A stretch of 64,000 bases of DNA from Octopus sinensis (Eukaryota): NCBI RefSeq assembly GCF_006345805.1, contig NW_021836309.1:1-64000 (forward strand), in the 5' to 3' direction. The notes beneath the pieces are model-generated. The model was not told where the DNA came from. It searched no databases and worked only from the letters and a program-made list of their open reading frames with translations. The position numbers and the translations under genes were made by a program. Below, in pieces: positions 55,902 to 64,000 of this stretch. Positions within the stretch are counted from its first letter, which is position 1; each line of letters begins with the position of its first letter.

Positions 55902-58900
55902 GTATGTGTGTGGTATGTATGTATGCATGCATGTATGTATGTATGTATGTATATATGTGGTATGTATGTAGGTAGCATGTATGTATGTATGTATGTATGT
56001 ATGTAATGTATGCATGTACGTATTATGTATTTATACATGTATGTTGTATGTATGTATGTGTGTAGGTAGGTATGTATGTATGTATCTATGTGTGTATGTA
56101 TGTATGTATGTTTGTATGTATGTATGTATGTACGTATGTATGCATGTATGTATGTATGAATGTATGCATGCATGCATGTATGTATGTATGTATGTATGTA
56201 TGTATGTATGTATGTATGTATGCTTACCTGCATGTATGTTTGTATGTATGTATGTGTGTATGTATGTATGTATGTTTGTATGTATGTATGTTTACATGTA
56301 TCTATGTTTGTATGCATGCATGTATGTATGTATGTATGTATGTGTGTATGTATGTATGTATGTATGCATGTATGTATGCATGTATGTGTGTATGTATGTG
56401 TGTATGTATGTATGCATGTATGTATATATGCATGCGTGTATGTATGTATGTATGTATGCATGTATGTATGTATGTATGTATGTATTCATGTATGTATGTA
56501 TGTATGCATGTATGTATGCATGAATGTATGCATGTATGTATGTATGTATATATGCATGTATGTATGTATGTATGTATGTATGTATGTGTGTATGTATGTA
56601 TGCATGCATGTATGTATGTATGTGTGTATGTAAGTATGTATGTATGTATGCATGTATTCATGTATGTATGCATGCATGTATGTATGTATGTATGTGTGTA
56701 TGTATGTATGTATGTATGTATGTATCTATGTATGTGTGTATGTATGTATGTATGTATGTGTGTGTCTATTATATATGTGTGTATGTATGTGTGTATGTAT
56801 GTATGTATGCATGTATGCATGTATGTATGTATGTGTGTATGTCTGTGTATGTATGTATGCATGTATGTATATATGATGCATGTATGTATGTATGTATGTA
56901 GTATGTATGTATGCATGTATGTATGTATGTATGTATATATGTATGCATGTATGTATGTATGTATGCATGTATGTATGTATGCATAATGTATGCATGTATG
57001 TATGTTATAAATGAGGTAGTGAGTGTATGTATGTATGTATGTATGTATTGTGTATGTATGTATGCATGTATGTATGTAGTATGTATGTGTGTATGTATGT
57101 ATGTATGTATCTATGTATGTGTGTATGTATGTATGTATGTATGTGTGTGTCTATTATATATGTGTGTATGTATGTGGTGTATGTATGTTTGTATTAGTGT
57201 TATGTATTTTGTATGTATCTATGTATGAGTGTATGTATGTACGTAATATGTGTGTATGTATGTATGTATGTATGTATGTATGTATGTATGTATGTGTGTA
57301 TGTATGTATGTATGTATGTGTGTATGTATACATGATGTATTTACATGTGTTGTATGTATCTATGTATGTATGTATGTATTATGTATGTGTTTGTCTGTTA
57401 TGTATGTGTGTATGTATGTGTGTATGTATGTATGTATGTATATTTGTATGTATGTATGTTGTATGTGTGTATGTATGTATGTAAGTATGTTTGTATGTAT
57501 GTTTTATATGTATGTGTGTATGTATGTATATATGTTGTATGTATGTATGCATGTATGTATGTGTATATATGTATGTATGTATGTTTGTATGTATGTATGT
57601 ATGTATGTATATATGTATGTATGTATGTATGTTTTGTATGTATGTATATATGTATGTATGTATGTATGTATGTAGGTATGCATGTATGTATGTATGTATG
57701 TATGTATGTATGCATGTACGTATATATGTATTTATACAGGTATGTTTGTATGTATGTGTGTGTAGTAGGTATGTATGTATGTCTTTATTTTGTATGTATG
57801 TATGTATGTTTGCATGTATGTATATATGTATGTATGTATGTATGCATGTATGTATGTATGAATGTATGCATGCTGCATGTATGTATGTATGTATGGTATG
57901 TATGCTTACCTGCATGTATTGTATGTATTATGTGTGTATGTATGTATGTATGTTTGTATGTATGTAGTTTTCATGTATCTATGTATGTATGCATGCATGT
58001 ATGTATGTATGTATGTATGTGTGTATAATGTATGTATGTATGCTTTATGTAGTATGTATGTATGTGTGTAGTATGTGTGTGTGTATGTATGCATGTATGT
58101 ATATATGCATGCATGTATGTATGTATGTATGCATGTATGTATGTATGTATGTATGTATGCATGTATGTATGTATGTATGCATGTATGTATGCATGAATGT
58201 ATGCATGTATGTATGTATGTATATATGCATGTATGTATGTATGTATGTATGTATGTATGTATGTGTGTATGTATGTATGCATGCATGTATGTATGTATGT
58301 GTGTATGTAAGTATGTATGTATGTATGCATGTATGTATGTATGTATGCATGCATGTATGTATGTATGTATGTGTGTATGTATGTATGTATGTATCTATGT
58401 ATGTGTGTATGTATGTATGTATGTATGTGTGTCGTCTATTATATGTGTGTATGTATGTGGTGTATGTATGTTGTTATGTAGTTTTGTATGTATGTATGTA
58501 TGTGTGTATGTATGTATGTAATATGTGTGTATGTATGTATGTATGTATGTGTGTATGTATGTATGTATGTGTGTATGTATGCATGTATGTATGTACATGT
58601 ATGTATGTATGTATGTATGTATGTATGTATGTTGTATGTGTGTGTCTATTATATATGTGTGTGTGTATGTGTGTATGTATGTATGTATGTTTGTATGTAT
58701 GTATGTATGTGTGTATGTATTATGTACGTATGTGTGTATGTATGTATGTATGTATGTGTGTATGTATGTATGTATGTATGTGTGTATGTATGCATGCATG
58801 TATGTACATGTGTATGTATGTATCCATGTATGTATGTATGTATGTATGTATGTATGTACGTATTGTATGTGTGTGTGTGTCTATTATGTATGCGTGTATG

Positions 58901-59855
58901 TGTGTGTGTATGTATGTATATATGCATGTGCGTATGTATGTATGCCTGTATGTATACATGCATGTATGTATGTTTTTATGTATGTATGTGTGTATGTATG
59001 TATGCATGTATGTATGTATGTATGCATCTATGTATGTATGTATGTATGCATGTATGTTTGTATGTATGGTTGTATGTATGCATGTGTGTATGTATATATG
59101 TATGTATGCATGTATGTATGTATGTATGTATGTGTGTATGTACGTATGTATGTATGTGTGTGTGTCTATTATGTATGTGTGTATGTATAAGTGTATGTAT
59201 GTATGTATGTATGTATGTTTGTATGTATGTATGTATGTACGTATGTATGTATGTATGTAAGTATGTGTGTATGTACTTATTGATGTATGTATGTGTGTAT
59301 GTAAGTATGTGTGTATTATGTATGTATGTATTTGTGTATGTATGTATATATGTATGTATGTGTGTGTCTATTATGTATTATGTATGCATGTATGTATGTA
59401 TGCATGTATGCATGTATGTATGTATGTGTGTATGTATGTATGTATGTATGTATGTATGTTTGTGTCTATTATGTATGTGTACATGTATGTGTGTATGTAT
59501 GTATTTATGTATGTGTGTGTGTATGTATGGAAGTATGTATGTGTATGTATGATATTAAGTTGTGTGTATGTATGTATGTATGTATGTATGTATGTATGTA
59601 TGTGTGTATGTGGTGTTGTATGTATGTACATGTGTATGTATGTATGTATGGATGTGTCTATTATGTATGTGTGTATGTATGTGTGCATGTATGTATGTAT
59701 GTATGTATATATGTATGTATGAATGAATGTATGTATGTATGTATGTATATATGTATGCATGTTTGTATGTATGTACGAATTTTATGTATGTATGTATGTA
59801 TGTATGCAGGCATGTATGTATGTATGTATGTATGCATGTATGTATGTATGTATGC

Positions 59856-59886
<31 letters not shown>

Positions 59887-60908
59887 CATGAATGTATGTA
59901 TGTATATATGTATGTATGCATGCATGTTTGTATGTATGTATATATGCATGTATGTATGTAGGAATGAATGTATGTATATATATGTATGTGTGTATGTATC
60001 TATGTATGGATGTATGCATGTATGTATGTATGTATGCATGTATGTATGTTTGTATGTGTGTATGTATGTATATATGCATTCATGTATGTATGAATGTGTG
60101 TATGTATGTATGTATGCATGCCTGTATGTATGTATGTATGTGTGTATGTATGTATGTATGTATGTATGCATGTATGTATGTATGTAAGTGTGTATGTATG
60201 TATGTCTGTATGTATGTATATATGTATGTATGTATGTATGTGTGTATGTATGTGTGAATTAATGTATATATGCATGTGTGTATGTATGTATGTCTGTATG
60301 TATGTATATATGTATGTATGTATGTATGTGTGTATGTTTTTATGTATGCATGCATGTATGTATGTATGTATGTATGTATGTATGTGTGTATGTGTGTATC
60401 TATGTGTGTATGTATGTATGAATGTATGTATGCATGTAAGCATGTATGTATGTATGTATGCATGTATGTATGTATGTATGTGTGTAGGTGTGTATGTATG
60501 CATGTATGTATGTATGTATGTATGCATGTATGTATGTATGTTTGTATGCATGTGTGTTTGTATGTTTGTAAGTATGTATATATGTATGTATGTATGTATG
60601 TAGGTATACATGTATGTATGTATGTATGTATGCATGTACGTATGTATGTATTTATACATGTATGTATGTATGTATGTAGTATGTATTAGGTAGGTATGCA
60701 TGTATGTATGTATCTATGTTGTATGTATGTATGTATGTTTGCATGTATGTATGTATGTACGTATGTATGCATGTATGTATGTTTGTACATGTGTATGTAT
60801 GTATATATGTATGTATGTATGTATGTGTGTGTCTATTATGTATGTGTGTATGTATGTGTGTATGTATGTATATATGCATGTATGTATGTATGTATGCCTG
60901 TATGTATG

Positions 60909-60942
<34 letters not shown>

Positions 60943-61274
60943 TGTGTGTATGTATGTATGTATGCATGCATGTATGTATGTATGTATGTATGTGTGTATG
61001 TGTGTATGTATGTGTGTATATATGTATGCATGTATGTATGCATGTATGTATGTATATATGTAAGCATGTATGTATGTATGTGTGTATGTATGTATGTGTG
61101 TATGTTTGCATGTATGTATGCATGTATGCATGTATGTATATATGAAAGCATGTATGTATGTATGTATGTATGTATGCATGTATGTATGCATGTATGTATG
61201 TATGTATGTATGTATGCATGTATGTATGTATGTTTGTATGCCTGTATGTATGTATGTATGTATGTTTGTATGTA

Positions 61275-61306
<32 letters not shown>

Positions 61307-62136
61307 GGTATGCATGTATGTATGTATTTATGTATGTATGTATGTATGTATGCATTTACGTATGTATGTATTTATGCATGTATGCGTGTATGTATGTATG
61401 TATGTATGTTTGCATGTATCGTATGTATGTACGTATGTATGCATGTATGTATGTATGTATGTGTGCATACATGCATGTATGTATGTATTTATGTATGTAT
61501 GTACGCATGTATGTATGTATGTATGTATGTATGTATGCATGCATGTATGTCTGTATGTCTGTGTGTATGTGTGTACGTATGTATGTATGTATGTGTGTAT
61601 GTACTTATGTATGCATGTATGTATGTATGTATGCATGTATGTATGTATGTATGTGTGTATGTATGTATGTATGTATGTGTGTGTCTATTATGTATGTGTG
61701 CATGTATGTGTGTATTTATGTATGTATGTATGTATGTGTGTGTATGTATGTATGTATGTTTTATGTATGTATGTAAGTATGTGTATATGTATGTATGTAT
61801 GTATGTGTGTATGTATGTATGTATGCATGTGTGTGTCTATTATGTATGTGTGTATGTGTGTATGTATGTATGTATGCATGTTTGTATGAATGTATGTGTG
61901 TATTTATGTATGTATGTATATATGCATGTATGTATGTATGTATGTATGAATGTATGTATGTGTGAGTGTATATAGGTATGCATGTATGTATGTATGTATG
62001 TATATATGCATGTATGTATGTATGTATGCTTGCATGTATGTATGTATGTATGTATGTATGCATGTATGTATGTATGTATGTATGCATGTATGTATGTATG
62101 TATGTATGCATGTATGTATGTATGTATGTATGTATG

Positions 62137-62170
<34 letters not shown>

Positions 62171-64000
62171 TGTATGTATATATGCATGTATGTATGTGGG
62201 GATGAATGTATGTATATATGTATTTGTGTATGTATCTATGTATGTATGTATGCATGTATGTATGATTGTATGTATGTATGTTTGTATGTATGTATGTATG
62301 TATGTATGCATGCATGTATGTATGGATGTGTGTATGTATGTATGTATGCATGTATGTATGTATGCTTGCATGTATGTATATATGTATGTGTGTATGTATG
62401 TATGTATGCATGTATGTATGTATGTATGTATGTATGTATGTGTGTATGTATGTGTGTGTCTATTATATATGTGTGTATGTATGTAAGTATGTATGTGTAT
62501 ATGTATGTATGTAAGTATGTGCGTATGTGTGTATGTATGTATGTATGTATGTATGCATGTATGTGTGCATGTATGTATATGTGTAAGTATGTATGTACAT
62601 GTGTATGTATCTATGTATGTATGTGTGTGTCTATTATGTATGTGTGGATCTATGTGTGTATGTATGTATATATGCATGTGTGTATGTATGTATGTCTGTA
62701 TGTATGTATATATGTATGTATTTATGTATGTATGTATGTATGTGTGTATGTATGTATGCATGTATGTATGTATGTATATATGAGTATATGTATGTGTGTA
62801 TGTATGTATGCATGTATGTACGTATGCATGTATGTATGTATGTATGTATGTATGCATGTAAGTTTGTATATATGTATGCATGTGTGTATGTATGTAGGTA
62901 TGTATGTATGTATGTATGTATGTATGTATGTATGCATGCATGTATGTATGTATGTATGTATGTATGCATGTATGTATGTATGTATGTATGTATGTTTGTA
63001 TGTATGCATGTATGTATATATGTATGTATGTATGCATGTATGTATGTATGTATGTATGCATGTATGTATGTATGTATGTATGTATGCATGCATGTATGTA
63101 TGTATGTATATATTTATGTATGTATGTATGTAGGTATGCATGTATGTATATATGTATGTGTGTATGTATCAATGTATGTATGTATGCATGTATGTATGTA
63201 TGTATGTATGTATGCATATATGTATGTATGTATGTATGTATGCATGCATGTATGTATGTATGTATGTGTGTATGTATCTATGTGTGTATGTATGTATGTA
63301 GCATGTATGTATGTATGTATGCATGTATGTCATGTATTTATGTATGTATGTATGTATGTATGGTATGTATGTATGTAGTATGTATGTATATATGTATGTA
63401 ATGTATTATGTATGTATGTGGTATGTATGTATGTCTGCATGTATGTAGGTATGCATGTATCATCTATGTGTGCATGTATGTATGTATGTATGTATTTGTA
63501 TGTATGCATGTATGTATAGTATGTATGAATGTATGTACGTATGCATGTATGTATGTGTGTATGTATGTATGTATGTATGAATGCATGAATGTATGTATGC
63601 ATGTATGTATGTGTATGTATGTATGTATGTATGAATGCATGAATGTATGTATGCATGTATGTATGTATGTGTGTATGTATGTATGTATGTATGAATGTAT
63701 GTATGTATGTATGTATGGTTGTATGTATGCATGTATGTATGTATGCATGTATGTATATATGTATGTATGAATGTATGTATGTATGTATGAATGAATGTAT
63801 GTATGTATGTATGCATGTATGTATGTGTGTATGTGTGTATGTATGTATGTATGTATGTATGTATGGTTGTATGTATGCATGTATGTATGTATGCATGTAT
63901 GTATGTATGTATGTATGTATGAATGTATGTATGTATGTATGCATGTATGTATGTGTGGTATGTATGTATGTATGTGTGTATGTATGTATTTATGTATGTA
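15352..64000. repeat. 48.6 kb or longer (TATG)n-based complex satellite with nested higher-order repeats; runs off the window end
   Basis: Continuous TATG with TGTG, CATG, TATA, TACG and TTTG variants, single polarity throughout, and recurring rare landmarks (GTCTATTAT, TAGGTATAAA, GCTTACCTGC, ATAAATGAGTG, ACGTAAGTATAT, ACTTATTGATG). Confidence 0.97.

Noticed and set aside
15298-64000. Hundreds of long Met/Tyr/Val/Cys and His/Thr/Tyr/Ile ORFs (up to 664 aa) suggesting metal-binding repeat proteins
   Set aside because: (TATG)n encodes YVCM and (CATA)n encodes HTYI with no stop in any frame, so such ORFs are obligatory. They overlap in all six frames and have no gene structure.
15352-64000. 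CRISPR-like array (recurring landmarks with intervening sequence)
   Set aside because: There are no constant-length repeats with unique spacers and no cas genes, and the context is eukaryotic; the intervals are themselves satellite.

Overview
Eukaryotic, gene-free, repeat-derived DNA. The repeat types suggest an octopus-like cephalopod genome (inference from memory, no search run). Bases 1-15351 are a dense transposon graveyard in degenerate (CATA)n microsatellite. They hold two CR1-clade LINE RT fragments in opposite orientations, mariner and Tc1 remnants, R4/Dong-like and HERO-like RT fragments, an RTE-like 3' end with an (ATGT)n tail, and tRNA-derived SINEs. This region was reshuffled by a tandem segmental duplication (unit 1 about 1-5535, unit 2 from 5536), a 680-bp inverted duplication and a chimeric third partial copy. 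From 15352 to the window end (48.6 kb or more) lies one (TATG)n-based complex satellite. Rare landmark variants reveal layered higher-order periods of about 0.2, 1.75, 2.3, 2.8-3.6, 5.0, 5.5 and 6.3 kb. The most interesting signal is the array's left junction, which closely mimics the RTE-like 3' end and tail at 4.8 kb, suggesting the giant satellite is a hyper-expanded retrotransposon tail. The many long MYVC/HTYI ORFs are artefacts of the stop-free tetranucleotide. No host gene, RNA gene or CRISPR array is supported. Coordinates and identities were estimated by eye.
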